From: Verrucomicrobiia bacterium
GTDB taxonomy: Bacteria > Verrucomicrobiota > Verrucomicrobiia > Limisphaerales > UBA1319
DNA length: 64,000 nt
Direction of reading: 5' to 3'
Assembly (NCBI GenBank): GCA_963664225.1
Contig: OY760937.1
Coordinates: 2,368,001 to 2,432,000 of the forward strand
The position numbers and the translations under genes were made by a program. The notes beneath the pieces are model-generated. The model had not been told where the DNA came from, did not search any database, and was given only the letters and a program-made list of their open reading frames with translations. This document shows, piece after piece, positions 27,532 to 37,053 of the stretch (positions within the stretch are counted from its first letter, which is position 1; each line of letters starts with the position of its first letter).

Positions 27532-28938
27532 ATGTTTATGAATTTCTTGTCTTACTTTTCGCAGCCGAACGCCGGGACGCCGTGTGAGGGCACGCGGTTG
27601 CGGGCGGCGCGGTTCGTCACCTGGATGCTGCCACTGGCACTCTTCGCGGCCACCCCGGTTCACGCGCGCATCAATGTGGTCACGCTGCCCGGACGCGATT
27701 CCACGCAACTGACCATTTACAATTCCGCCGACCTGACGCTGGTCAAGGAGACGCGCATCCTGACGCTACGCAAAGGATTGAACCATCTCGAGTTTTCCTG
27801 GGCCAACACGTTGATCGATCCCACCTCGGTCGAGTTTCGCGCGCTCACCCACGCCGATGCCGTGGACGTCCTCGACGCGAGTTTCCCACCGCGTGTAACC
27901 AATACTCTCGAGTGGCGCATCCAAAGCGAGTTTGCGGGGGAAGTGGAGGTCGAGATTCGCTACTTCACCAGTGGCATTACGTGGTCGGCCGATTATGTGG
28001 CCGAGGCCAACCGTGACGAGAAAATGATGGCCCTGTCTGGAGCGGTGCGCGTGACCAACAACAGCGGCGAGGATTACGAGAATGCCCAGGTGCGGCTGAT
28101 CGTGGGCGTCATCCGCCTGGTGGAGGATATTTCCCAAGTGGCGCAGAACTTCCGGCCGCAGGAGCAGGAAGTGCTCAATGCTCCCGCCGCGGCCAAAGCC
28201 CCCATGGGCCGATCCGAGCTGCGTTCCCGCGCCATGGCAGTAAGCGGCGTGATGCTCGGGGCCGCAATGGACGCCGCCAAGCCGAAGGAAATTGTGAAGG
28301 AAGGCCTCTCTGAATACTTCATGTATACGGTGGGTGGCAGCGACACGATTCCCAACGGCTGGTCCAAGCGCCTGCCATCCTTCAAGGCCGATGAAGTGCC
28401 CATCGCCAGCTATTACAAGTTCGAGAAGGAACAGTGGAACGACCAGGTGGTGCGGTTCTATCGGTTCAAGAACGACACCAAGAGCAAGCTCGGCAAGGAA
28501 CCGCTGCCGGATGGCGCGGTCAAGGCCTTCCGCGTTCTCGGTGAAGACCGCCTTTACGCTTACACTGGCGGCACCGTGGTCAAATACATCCCCATCAATG
28601 AGCAGGTGGACCTCGAATTGGGCGCGGACCAGGAGGTGCTCGTCAAACCCGTGCTGATGAACTGGGAAAAATCCGACATCCGGTTCGATGACAAGGGCAA
28701 CGTCTCCGGCTGGACCACCAAGGAGACCTGGCAATTCGAAGTGCGCAATTCCAAGGACATCGACATCACACTGGATATCCGGCGCAACTTCACCGGGGAC
28801 TGGTCCATCGACACCCAGGCGCCCAATGAAAAAGTGGACGCCAACAAGGTCAAGTTTGTCATCCCGCTCAAGTCCCGCGAGCAACGCACCTTCACCTATG
28901 ACCTGATCACGCGCCAAGGCGTGAACGTGACAAAGTAA
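27532..28938 (+). CDS. Secreted DUF4139/DUF4140-like protein (paralog)
   Basis: LTIYNSADLTLVKETR, IDPTSV, Y.TSGITWSADY, NNSGEDYENA, LGKEPLPDG. Confidence 0.78.
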   Translation: MFMNFLSYFSQPNAGTPCEGTRLRAARFVTWMLPLALFAATPVHARINVVTLPGRDSTQLTIYNSADLTLVKETRILTLRKGLNHLEFSWANTLIDPTSVEFRALTHADAVDVLDASFPPRVTNTLEWRIQSEFAGEVEVEIRYFTSGITWSADYVAEANRDEKMMALSGAVRVTNNSGEDYENAQVRLIVGVIRLVEDISQVAQNFRPQEQEVLNAPAAAKAPMGRSELRSRAMAVSGVMLGAAMDAAKPKEIVKEGLSEYFMYTVGGSDTIPNGWSKRLPSFKADEVPIASYYKFEKEQWNDQVVRFYRFKNDTKSKLGKEPLPDGAVKAFRVLGEDRLYAYTGGTVVKYIPINEQVDLELGADQEVLVKPVLMNWEKSDIRFDDKGNVSGWTTKETWQFEVRNSKDIDITLDIRRNFTGDWSIDTQAPNEKVDANKVKFVIPLKSREQRTFTYDLITRQGVNVTK

Positions 28939-29110
28939 GGATCTTTGGTTCGATTGAAGAGGGTCTTGCATGGTCGGAAGCGTTACAGCAGGCGTGATCT
29001 TGTCTGGATGGATGCGCCAGCGGTCGCCTTGCCGTCGGTGAACCGCCCCGGTCGGCGGCTGAAAACGCACGGAAAATGCGCGCTCCAATTCTCTTGCGAG
29101 ATAATTCAGG

Positions 29111-30256
29111 ATGCGCAACGCTCTCAAAAGCAACGTGACTTTTTATCGCTCCATATTCGTTTCCGCCATGCTGGTGCTCCTGGCCGCCGGCTGCAGCAGC
29201 CCGCAAAAGCGGAGTTTTCCAATTGGATTGTTCGGGGTTCCGGCAACGGCGGATTTCCCGGAAGTCCGCAAGGCCGGTTTCGATGTCGTTGTGGGATCGT
29301 CCCAGTGGGATTATCTCGGCGCGGCTCGCGAGGCTGGACTAAAGGTTCTTGCCACGCCGCCATCCATAAGCCACCAGACAGAAGTCAGCATCCGCACGCT
29401 CGATGCGCATCCCGCGCTCTGGGCCTGGTATCTCATCGATGAACCCGATCTGAACAATGTGGCGCCTGCCGAGGTTCGATTGCGCGAGCGCCAGCTCAAG
29501 GAATCCGGCGCCAGGAAACCCTCGGCCCTGACGCTTTGCTACGGCGGTGAGGCCGTGAACTACGGAAACATCACGGACCTGGTCATCGTCGATCGTTATC
29601 CGATCCCGTGGATGCCCCTGGCGGATTTCGGCCAGCACATCAAGCTGGGCCGGCTGGCCATCGGACCGGACAAGCCGCTGTTTGCGGTCATTCAGGCTTT
29701 CGATTGGACCGCCTATCCGGGTTTGCTGCTCACCGATGCGAAGCTGAGGCCGCCTGTTTATGAAGAACTCCGCTGCATGGCTTACGAGGCGCTGGCCCGG
29801 GGAGCAAACGGGATCTTTTTTTACGAATTCGATGGCCGTTGGAAAATACGAAACCACCCGGAACTCTGGGCTTCCTTGAAGCAGGTGGTTGGCGAGATTC
29901 GCGCCCGGGAACCGTTGTTCCAGGGCAAACGCGTGTGGTGGGCAAAACAACATGCTTTCGGGGATCCGGCCACCGCATACAATGCCGCCATGGAGAGCAG
30001 CATCACTTCCACACTGCTGCGCGTGCCGGTTGGCAACGAATCCGTTCCGCCCGGTGATTACATCATCGCCATCAATAACACACCGCGCGAGGTTCAATAC
30101 GGCTTTGCCCTCCCTCCACGCCGGACCCCCGCAAACGAATGCCTCCCGGTGTTCGGGGAAAACCGGAGCCTGCAGCCGGCAGACAATCGGGTGGGCGATA
30201 CTTTCCCGGCGTACGCAGTCCACATTTACGGCCCCATTTTCTCAACGACTCCCTGA
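29111..30256 (+). CDS. Lipoprotein with glycoside hydrolase-like TIM barrel
   Basis: LAAGC lipobox; HPALWAWYLIDEP, DRYPIP, VIQAF, ALARGANGIFFY. Confidence 0.65.
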   Translation: MRNALKSNVTFYRSIFVSAMLVLLAAGCSSPQKRSFPIGLFGVPATADFPEVRKAGFDVVVGSSQWDYLGAAREAGLKVLATPPSISHQTEVSIRTLDAHPALWAWYLIDEPDLNNVAPAEVRLRERQLKESGARKPSALTLCYGGEAVNYGNITDLVIVDRYPIPWMPLADFGQHIKLGRLAIGPDKPLFAVIQAFDWTAYPGLLLTDAKLRPPVYEELRCMAYEALARGANGIFFYEFDGRWKIRNHPELWASLKQVVGEIRAREPLFQGKRVWWAKQHAFGDPATAYNAAMESSITSTLLRVPVGNESVPPGDYIIAINNTPREVQYGFALPPRRTPANECLPVFGENRSLQPADNRVGDTFPAYAVHIYGPIFSTTP

Positions 30257-30264
30257 GGTTCCGA

Positions 30265-31386
30265 TCAGGAACGGCGCTCAACCATCCCTGCGCGGGTGTG
30301 TTCAAGACCGTTATCAAAAGGCAGCCGTAACTGCTGGCTGGGCGGTCCCAGGTTGCTGACGCCCAGTCCCAAAAGCCTGAGCGGTCGCGTCACCAATTTG
30401 TGGAAGCCCAGCAGATGACACCCAAGCCGGTAAATGAGCTTCGGGTCGTCCAGCGATTCCTCCAGCGTGATCTGACGGGTCAGTGTGGTGAAATCCCCAT
30501 AGCGAACGCGCACTTGGACCGTTTTGGCCATGAGGTGTTTTTGCTTCAGTTCCGTCGAAATTTCGGCGGCCTGCCCTCGCAACGTGGCCCTCAACACGCC
30601 GCGATCTTCGGTATCCTCCAAAAAGGTCGTTTCACTGCTGATGCTCTTGGTGGTCTCATTGAAATCCAACGGGCGGTCATCTTCGCCGAAGGCAAATTGC
30701 TTCAAGGTGGGACCGAAGGAGCCGACCCACTTTCGCAAATCTCCAGGATGATCCTGCACATCGCCCACCGTCTTGATTCCCGCTGCGTTTAGAATTTCCG
30801 CGGTGACTTTGCCCACCCCGTAGAGCGCACGGACCGGCATTGGGCGTAGAAACGCCACCTTGTCCCGTTCCGGAATCAAGGTCAGTCCATTCGGTTTTTG
30901 ATAATCGCTGGCAAGTTTGGCCAAAAGTTTATTCGAAGCCAGGCCAATGCTGGCGGTTAATTGTCGTTCCGAGAAAACTCTCTGCCTTAACGCCCGGGCC
31001 AGCGGCAGCGCCTGGAGCAGGGCTTCATCGACATCCCCGGCCGGGCATTGCGCGGAAAAGTCCAGGTAGGCTTCATCCACGGAGGTTTGTTCCACCAGCG
31101 CGCCGGTATCCGTCAGGATTTGCATGATGCACCGGGATTCCTGTCGGTAGCGGTCCATCCGGGGACGTATGAAAATGCCATTGGGGCAAAGACGGCCCGC
31201 CGTCACGCTGGGCAGGGCGGAATGGATGCCAAATCGCCGGGCCTCATAACTGGCGGCGCAAACCACGCCGCGCTGATTGGGCGGGCTGCCCACAATGACC
31301 GGCTTGCCGCGCAATTCGGGATGATCGCGCTGCTCCACGGAGGCGAAGAACGCATCCATATCCAGATGTGCGATAACCCGATTCAT
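30265..31386 (-). CDS. dinB: DNA polymerase IV
   Basis: HLDMDAFFASVEQRD, AASYEAR.FGI, SVDEAYLD, KLLAKLASD..KPNG. Confidence 0.96.
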   Translation of the reverse strand: MNRVIAHLDMDAFFASVEQRDHPELRGKPVIVGSPPNQRGVVCAASYEARRFGIHSALPSVTAGRLCPNGIFIRPRMDRYRQESRCIMQILTDTGALVEQTSVDEAYLDFSAQCPAGDVDEALLQALPLARALRQRVFSERQLTASIGLASNKLLAKLASDYQKPNGLTLIPERDKVAFLRPMPVRALYGVGKVTAEILNAAGIKTVGDVQDHPGDLRKWVGSFGPTLKQFAFGEDDRPLDFNETTKSISSETTFLEDTEDRGVLRATLRGQAAEISTELKQKHLMAKTVQVRVRYGDFTTLTRQITLEESLDDPKLIYRLGCHLLGFHKLVTRPLRLLGLGVSNLGPPSQQLRLPFDNGLEHTRAGMVERRS

Positions 31387-31399
31387 ATTCTGGAGAATA
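31386..31399. promoter_or_regulatory. Candidate LexA (SOS) box at the dinB start
   Basis: TATTC-N4-GAATA palindrome, one mismatch per half-site from the Verrucomicrobia LexA motif TGTTC-N4-GAACA. Confidence 0.5.
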
Positions 31400-31500
31400 T
31401 AATGGGTTCGCGACTTGCGCGGGCAACTTAAAACCTCCTGCTGCGGCGGGTAGGCCGCCTGGCGTGCTCGTGGAATTACCCGTTGCCTTGCGCGTGCTGG

Positions 31501-33492
31501 TTATTGCTTGTTCAGGGTCACAACCAGCTCTTGAAAATTCCCGAGCACCAGCGTCCCGGTCAGGGTGTTTCCATTGATCACACCCGCGACAAACTGAAAC
31601 GGAAGCGGCGCGGATCCTGCATTGGCAGTGAGTGTGCCGGTGCCGTCCGCGGTCACCAACCCGAGGGATCCCGTCACCACGCCATCATTGAGTTCGAGCA
31701 CGTAGGTGCCGCCGGGATCGCAGGGTACATCCACGGAGTGACAATAAAGCAATGTCTCCACAATGGTTCCGTCGAACAAAAAGGTTCCACTAAAAGGGGC
31801 AGTCGCGGTGCCCTGGCCCCGAACGCCAATCGTGATGGTTCCGGCCAACTTTTCTGCCCAGGCCGCATCCGGATAGGTGTCCGTAAAGGTGCTGTTGAGA
31901 TTTGCGCGGTAGGTCGAAAGATCGTTGGCGGGGCGAAGTCCGGCGAATATGGTCGCCGAATTGGCAAAGGCCAGCGAGCCCACGGATTGGGGTTTGGTCA
32001 AATCCAGATTATCCAGAACGGATTTGGAGGTGCTGACGAAAAGCGAGGTTCGGGCGATGAGGTCTTCGCTGGCCCCCTGCGATTTGAATACCCCATCCAG
32101 GAGGCGACCCTGCAGCTCGTCGTAAAGGAAAGCCTCGCTCCCTTTCTCGATGTGATTCAATGCGGGGCGGTAGTCTTCCAGGGTTATCTGGTGGCCTGTC
32201 TGGACTTCAATGAAGGGAGCCGCCAATGCCATGGCGCTGGATCCCATCACCGCAGGCGCCACGTAAGTGCTGAAAAACAAAACCGCTCCGGCGGTGCCCG
32301 CCACGGCCGCCGCGGCCGGAGCCGACGCAATCCCCAGAACCACCGCCGTGGTGGCCAGAATCCCCACACCCAGGCCGCCGATCGAGTTGAACTGGTCAAA
32401 CATGTCGAAGGTGGACTGCGAGGATTGCCCCGGGCTGAAGGTTTCATCCATGCGCGACATGATATCCGCAGTATCCAATTTGGAGATCGAGCTTTTTGCC
32501 AGCACGTTGCTGCCAGTTCGATAATTAAGGCTGGCGACCAGCATGCGATCCAGTGAAACCACGGCATCCAAGTCAAGAATGACCTCGCGATCATGGATGC
32601 GGCCCAGCGAGATGCGCGGCGTTTGACCGCTGACGATGCCTTGAATCATCTTTTGAGCGGTCACCACATTGGTTTGCATCGAAAGCAGATCACGACGTAG
32701 CGCTGCGGTATCGACTTTTCCCTGGGAGGCATTCCCAATGGTCTGCCAGCGGCTTGACGCGATGGCCAACAGATTGGAGGTTTGATTCAGATACGCCAGC
32801 GTGACCGCGCCCGGAGCCAGACCCGTGACCGATAAATCCGCGATTTGCAGTTGCTGGGCGGATGCGAACACATTGGTGGCTGCCGCTGTTGCCTGTCCCA
32901 GTGAAACCCTGACCAGCCCGCCGCGAATCTGAGGCGCGCTGGTGTTGACCATGAACGGAACGGCCACAGCCACCGATCCGGTCGTCACCGTAAAGGCCCG
33001 CACAGCAACCTCCGATCCCGTTGCGTCCAGGAACCGCACAAGCGTGCGCGCGGCGGGATCGAACGGGCCGCCTGTGATAACCAGTTTATCGCCGGGATTT
33101 GCAGTGCTCTTGGAGAGCAGCAAACCGTTCTTATGCTCCGTGAGTCGATAGTAACGCAGCCGAAACGATTTCGTATTGGTATCCACAAATTCCGCAATGG
33201 TCCCCTTGGACAGGTTGGTCTGCAATGGAGCCCATTGCAGAAGATTCGTGGAAGTCTGAACCACATACGAAAGGGTGTTGGAGGCCGCGATCTGCAAATG
33301 GAACAAGCCGTCCTGCGAGCGATTACCGCTGAGAATCCGCAGGGGCGGTTCGCCCGCAATGCCCGCATGGGCGGACACAATCCAGAACGCCAGGAGCAGC
33401 ATCCTTGTGATGTATCGCATTTTCGAATTGAATGGGTTCATTGCAGGAATGCCTCGCGCCAGGCTCCCAGGCCTTGTTGTTATGGAACTCAT
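31501..33492 (-). CDS. Secreted hypothetical protein (Verrucomicrobia-type module, Ig-like domain, hydrophobic hairpin)
   Basis: Signal-like LLLAFWIVSAHA; YVVQTSTNLLQW..RYYRL; ANPGDKLVITGGPF; long Ala/Gly hydrophobic segment. Start uncertain. Confidence 0.6.
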   Translation of the reverse strand: MSSITTRPGSLARGIPAMNPFNSKMRYITRMLLLAFWIVSAHAGIAGEPPLRILSGNRSQDGLFHLQIAASNTLSYVVQTSTNLLQWAPLQTNLSKGTIAEFVDTNTKSFRLRYYRLTEHKNGLLLSKSTANPGDKLVITGGPFDPAARTLVRFLDATGSEVAVRAFTVTTGSVAVAVPFMVNTSAPQIRGGLVRVSLGQATAAATNVFASAQQLQIADLSVTGLAPGAVTLAYLNQTSNLLAIASSRWQTIGNASQGKVDTAALRRDLLSMQTNVVTAQKMIQGIVSGQTPRISLGRIHDREVILDLDAVVSLDRMLVASLNYRTGSNVLAKSSISKLDTADIMSRMDETFSPGQSSQSTFDMFDQFNSIGGLGVGILATTAVVLGIASAPAAAAVAGTAGAVLFFSTYVAPAVMGSSAMALAAPFIEVQTGHQITLEDYRPALNHIEKGSEAFLYDELQGRLLDGVFKSQGASEDLIARTSLFVSTSKSVLDNLDLTKPQSVGSLAFANSATIFAGLRPANDLSTYRANLNSTFTDTYPDAAWAEKLAGTITIGVRGQGTATAPFSGTFLFDGTIVETLLYCHSVDVPCDPGGTYVLELNDGVVTGSLGLVTADGTGTLTANAGSAPLPFQFVAGVINGNTLTGTLVLGNFQELVVTLNKQ

Positions 33493-33536
33493 GTGGAATT
33501 GCGGGCAACTCTATCCGGTCTCCGGAATATCGCAGT

Positions 33537-33569
33537 AAAAAAAGTGGGGAATCAGCCTCCCGACTTTTT
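33537..33569 (-). terminator. Terminator downstream of pst operon
   Basis: Minus strand AAAAAGTCGGGA-loop-TCCCCACTTTTTTT. Confidence 0.5.
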
Positions 33570-33593
33570 CCCGCCCGCCGGCAAGTTCCCAAA

Positions 33594-34370
33594 TCAGCCG
33601 TAGCGGCCTTCGATGTATTCGGAGGTCTTTTGATTCCTGGGACTCAGGAAAAGATCCTTGGTGGCGTTGTGCTCGATGACCTCGCCCAGGAGCATGAAAA
33701 TACATTCGTCGCTGACACGCCGGGCCTGGGCCATGTTGTGGGTGACGATCACAATGGTGTAACGGCCCTTCATGGCGTACATCAATTCCTCGATGGCGCG
33801 GGTGCCTTCGACGTCCAGCGCCGAACAAGGCTCGTCCATGAGAATGATCTCGGGCTTGAGAGGCAACAGGCGGGCGATGCAAAGCTTCTGCTGCTGCTCC
33901 AACTGCAGCCCTGTGGCCTTATGATCCAAACGATCCTTCAAATCCTTCCACAGGCCAACTTCCGTCAGGGCCTTTTCCACGGCATCATCCAACTGCGATC
34001 TCCTGGTCTCGCCCCGTTCGCCATGGATGCGCAGGCCGAATACCACGTTTTCATAGACCGAGATGGGCAGTGGATTGGGCCGTTGAAACACCATGCCGAT
34101 GGACTTGCGCAGCTCGATCAGCGAAATGTCCGGGTCATAGATGTTCTTCCCCAGAAGGATGATCTCCCCGGTGGTGGTGACGTAGCCATAACGCTCGTTG
34201 ATGCGATTGAAACAGCGCAACAGGGTCGTTTTGCCGCAACCGGAAGGGCCGATCAGGGAGGTGATGATGCCGTTCTTGATGTTGACGCCAATATTCTTGA
34301 GCGCCTGAAACTTGCCATACCAAAGGTTCAGGTCCCGCGTCGTGATGCTATGGGTGACGGCGTCGCTCAT
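33594..34370 (-). CDS. pstB: Phosphate ABC ATP-binding protein (degenerate signature motif)
   Basis: GPSGCGKT, GMVFQRPNP, MDEPCSALD, VTHNMAQA, YIEGRYG. The signature reads LQLEQQQ. Confidence 0.9.
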   Translation of the reverse strand: MSDAVTHSITTRDLNLWYGKFQALKNIGVNIKNGIITSLIGPSGCGKTTLLRCFNRINERYGYVTTTGEIILLGKNIYDPDISLIELRKSIGMVFQRPNPLPISVYENVVFGLRIHGERGETRRSQLDDAVEKALTEVGLWKDLKDRLDHKATGLQLEQQQKLCIARLLPLKPEIILMDEPCSALDVEGTRAIEELMYAMKGRYTIVIVTHNMAQARRVSDECIFMLLGEVIEHNATKDLFLSPRNQKTSEYIEGRYG

Positions 34371-35134
34371 CCAAAAATCCCGTTGACGTATTCGTAGGTT
34401 TTCCGATTGGCCGGTTTGTCCGAAAAGAGAATTTCGGTGGGGCCCATTTCAACGATTTCCCCGTTCCAGAGGAACATCGTCCGGGCCGCAAGCCGGCGGG
34501 CCTGCTGGACCAGATTCGTTACGAGAATGATGGTCATCTCCTTCTTGAGCTCCTTGAGCACATCCTCGATGCGCATGGTCGTCACCGGATCGATGGCGAT
34601 GGAGAATTCATCCAGGCAGAGAATTTCCGGCTGGTGGGAAAGGGCCCTGGCAATGGTGAGCCGCTGCTGCTGGCCGCCGGACAGCTTGGTTCCAAGGCTG
34701 TCGAGCCGGTCTTTGACCTCGTCCCACAGGGCGGCCTGGCGCAGGCACTTCTCCACCAGGCCATCGAGGTCGCTTTTGGCCCGCATTCCGGCGGTTCTCG
34801 GCGCGAAGGCCACATTGTCATAGATCGAAAGCGGCAGGCCGACCGGCAGCGGCGCGACCATCCCGATTTTGCGCCGCAGTTCATAGACATTCCGCACCCG
34901 GGACACCTCCTCGCCATCGACCTTGATGACGCCGGACACCGTCACATTCGGGGTGAACTCGATCGTGCGGTTAAAGCATCGCAGCAGGGAGGTTTTGCCC
35001 GATTGGGCCGGCCCGATGATGCCCAGGATTTCGTTGCGATAAACGTCGAATGAAATCCCATGGATCACTTCCTTCGCGCCGTAGGCCAGGCGAAGGTCCT
35101 GCACTTCGATTTTTTTGTCGGGTCCCATGAGCAT
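34367..35134 (-). CDS. pstB: Phosphate ABC ATP-binding protein (degenerate Q-loop and H-loop)
   Basis: GPAQSGKT, ALWDEVKDRL, LSGGQQQRL, LDEF. The Q-loop reads GMVAPLP and the switch VTNL. Confidence 0.88.
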   Translation of the reverse strand: MLMGPDKKIEVQDLRLAYGAKEVIHGISFDVYRNEILGIIGPAQSGKTSLLRCFNRTIEFTPNVTVSGVIKVDGEEVSRVRNVYELRRKIGMVAPLPVGLPLSIYDNVAFAPRTAGMRAKSDLDGLVEKCLRQAALWDEVKDRLDSLGTKLSGGQQQRLTIARALSHQPEILCLDEFSIAIDPVTTMRIEDVLKELKKEMTIILVTNLVQQARRLAARTMFLWNGEIVEMGPTEILFSDKPANRKTYEYVNGIFG

Positions 35135-36018
35135 CACCATTTTTTCCGCGAGCGCAAATAAACCCGGAGCGCGATCGACAGGGCGTTCACCGCCAGCACC
35201 GTGACCAGCAGGACGGTGGCAATGGCATACGGCAGGGCGGCGGGCGCGTCCGTCACCTGTGTGGTCACCGTGTAGAGATGCATCGACAGGGCCATGCACT
35301 GATCCTTCAAATTATAGGCGAACAAATTGCCCTCGGAGATCTTTTTGAAAAACACCGCTCCGGTGAACATGATGGGGGCGGTTTCGCCGGCGGTGCGGGA
35401 GACCTGGAGAATCACCCCGGTGAGAATGCCGCTGATGGAGTTGGGCAGGACGATGTGCCGGATGGTTTGCCAGCGCGAGGCTCCCACATTCCAGCACGCC
35501 TCCCGGAACGAAATCGGCACGGCGGACAGGGCCTCCTTGGTGCTGGCGATGATCACCGGCAGCGTCATGATGGCCAGGGTGAGCGATGCGGCGATGATGG
35601 AACGGCCCATGCCCGCGAAAAGCACAAAGGCGCCCAATCCAAACAAGGCGTGGACGATGCTGGGCACACCCGCCAGATTGACCACCGCCAGATTGATGAT
35701 GCGCGTGAACCAGTTCTCCCGCGCGTATTCATTGAGATACACCGCAGCCAGCACGCCGATCGGCGCGGAGATGCAAAGAGAGATGCCGACCAGATAAAGA
35801 GTGCCCAGAAATGCCGACCAGATGCCCCCCTTGCGCATTCCGTTCGTCGGGTTGGTCACCAGGAAATCCCAGGAGAGCAAAGGGAACGCCTTCCAGAAAA
35901 GGTAGCCGACAATGACCAGCAGGGGAATGACCATGGCCAGCGCCATCAGGCCAAAAACGCACTTCGCCGCAAATTCATTGCGCAGTTTTCTTCGAATCAA
36001 TGGAGTCTCGGTGAACAT
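35134..36018 (-). CDS. pstA: Phosphate ABC permease PstA
   Basis: AAVYLNEY, LAGVPSIV, SRTAGETAP. Confidence 0.93.
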   Translation of the reverse strand: MFTETPLIRRKLRNEFAAKCVFGLMALAMVIPLLVIVGYLFWKAFPLLSWDFLVTNPTNGMRKGGIWSAFLGTLYLVGISLCISAPIGVLAAVYLNEYARENWFTRIINLAVVNLAGVPSIVHALFGLGAFVLFAGMGRSIIAASLTLAIMTLPVIIASTKEALSAVPISFREACWNVGASRWQTIRHIVLPNSISGILTGVILQVSRTAGETAPIMFTGAVFFKKISEGNLFAYNLKDQCMALSMHLYTVTTQVTDAPAALPYAIATVLLVTVLAVNALSIALRVYLRSRKKW

Positions 36019-36024
36019 GATCGC

Positions 36025-36939
36025 TTACTTTTTCCTGATCCCCTTCACGATCAGATCCGCTGACAGGTTCACAACAAAGGTGATGGAGAAAAGCAGGATG
36101 CCAATGATGAAGAGCACCTGATAATGATCCGAACCCGACGAGGCCTCCCCCAACTCGGCGGCGATGGTTGCGGTGAGAGTCCGGACCGGATCGAACACGC
36201 TTTTGGGGATGTTTACCGCGTGTCCGGTGGCCATGAGCACCGCCATGGTTTCACCCACCGCCCGGCCCACTCCCAGGAGCACTGCGGCGAGCAATCCGTT
36301 CTTCGCGGCGGGAATCAGGACGCGATAAATCAATTGCCAGCGTGTGGCCCCCAGCGCCAGTGCCGCCTCGCGGTAGGAATCCGGAACGGCTTTCAGGGAA
36401 TCCTCGCCAATGGAAACCATGATGGGCACGCTCATCAGCGCCAGGAGGATCGCCCCGTTCAACACATTGAGCCCCACAGGCACATGAAAGACATCCTGAA
36501 TCAGCGGATTCATGACGCTCAGTCCGATGAATCCCCACACCACCGAAGGAATGGCCGCCAGCAATTCGATGATGATTTTGAGCGTTTCCTTCATCCGTTT
36601 GCCGCAGAATTCAGAAACGAAAATGGCCGCTCCCAGGCCGAACGGCACTGCGATGAGCATGGCCAGCACCGTGACGCTAAACGTGCCGACAATCAGGGCC
36701 AGCACGCCGTAGCGAACGTTGCTTTGAGAAGTCGGATACCATTCGGTGCTGGTTAGAAACTGCGATATATCCAGCCCCTTGAACAGAAACCCGGCCCCCT
36801 CGCGGAACACGAAAAAGAAGATGCCGAAGACAAACACGATCGAGCTGATCCCGCACAGGCGGATGATCGTCTCGATGACGGGCTCGCTCAACCTCTGCCA
36901 GCGTTGCCGTCTCTGCATGTCTGAATTCGGCTGGGCCAT
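36025..36939 (-). CDS. pstC: Phosphate ABC permease PstC
   Basis: ELLAAIPSVVWG, REAALALGAT, GRAVGETMAV. Confidence 0.93.
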   Translation of the reverse strand: MAQPNSDMQRRQRWQRLSEPVIETIIRLCGISSIVFVFGIFFFVFREGAGFLFKGLDISQFLTSTEWYPTSQSNVRYGVLALIVGTFSVTVLAMLIAVPFGLGAAIFVSEFCGKRMKETLKIIIELLAAIPSVVWGFIGLSVMNPLIQDVFHVPVGLNVLNGAILLALMSVPIMVSIGEDSLKAVPDSYREAALALGATRWQLIYRVLIPAAKNGLLAAVLLGVGRAVGETMAVLMATGHAVNIPKSVFDPVRTLTATIAAELGEASSGSDHYQVLFIIGILLFSITFVVNLSADLIVKGIRKK

Positions 36940-36965
36940 GATTTTGTTTTAACGCAAATTGGGCT

Positions 36966-37045
36966 TTTGTCGTCTCATCTGTATTGGATTCCGGGCGCCC
37001 TGAGCATGGGCGGTCGCCCCTTATCCAATCCAGGATGCCGACAAA
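36966..37045. other. Long intergenic stem-loop between pstS and pstC
   Basis: Nested pairs TTTGTCG/CGACAAA, CATC/GATG, ATTGGAT/ATCCAAT and GGGCG/CGCCC. Confidence 0.6.
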
Positions 37046-37053
37046 CAAGAAAT

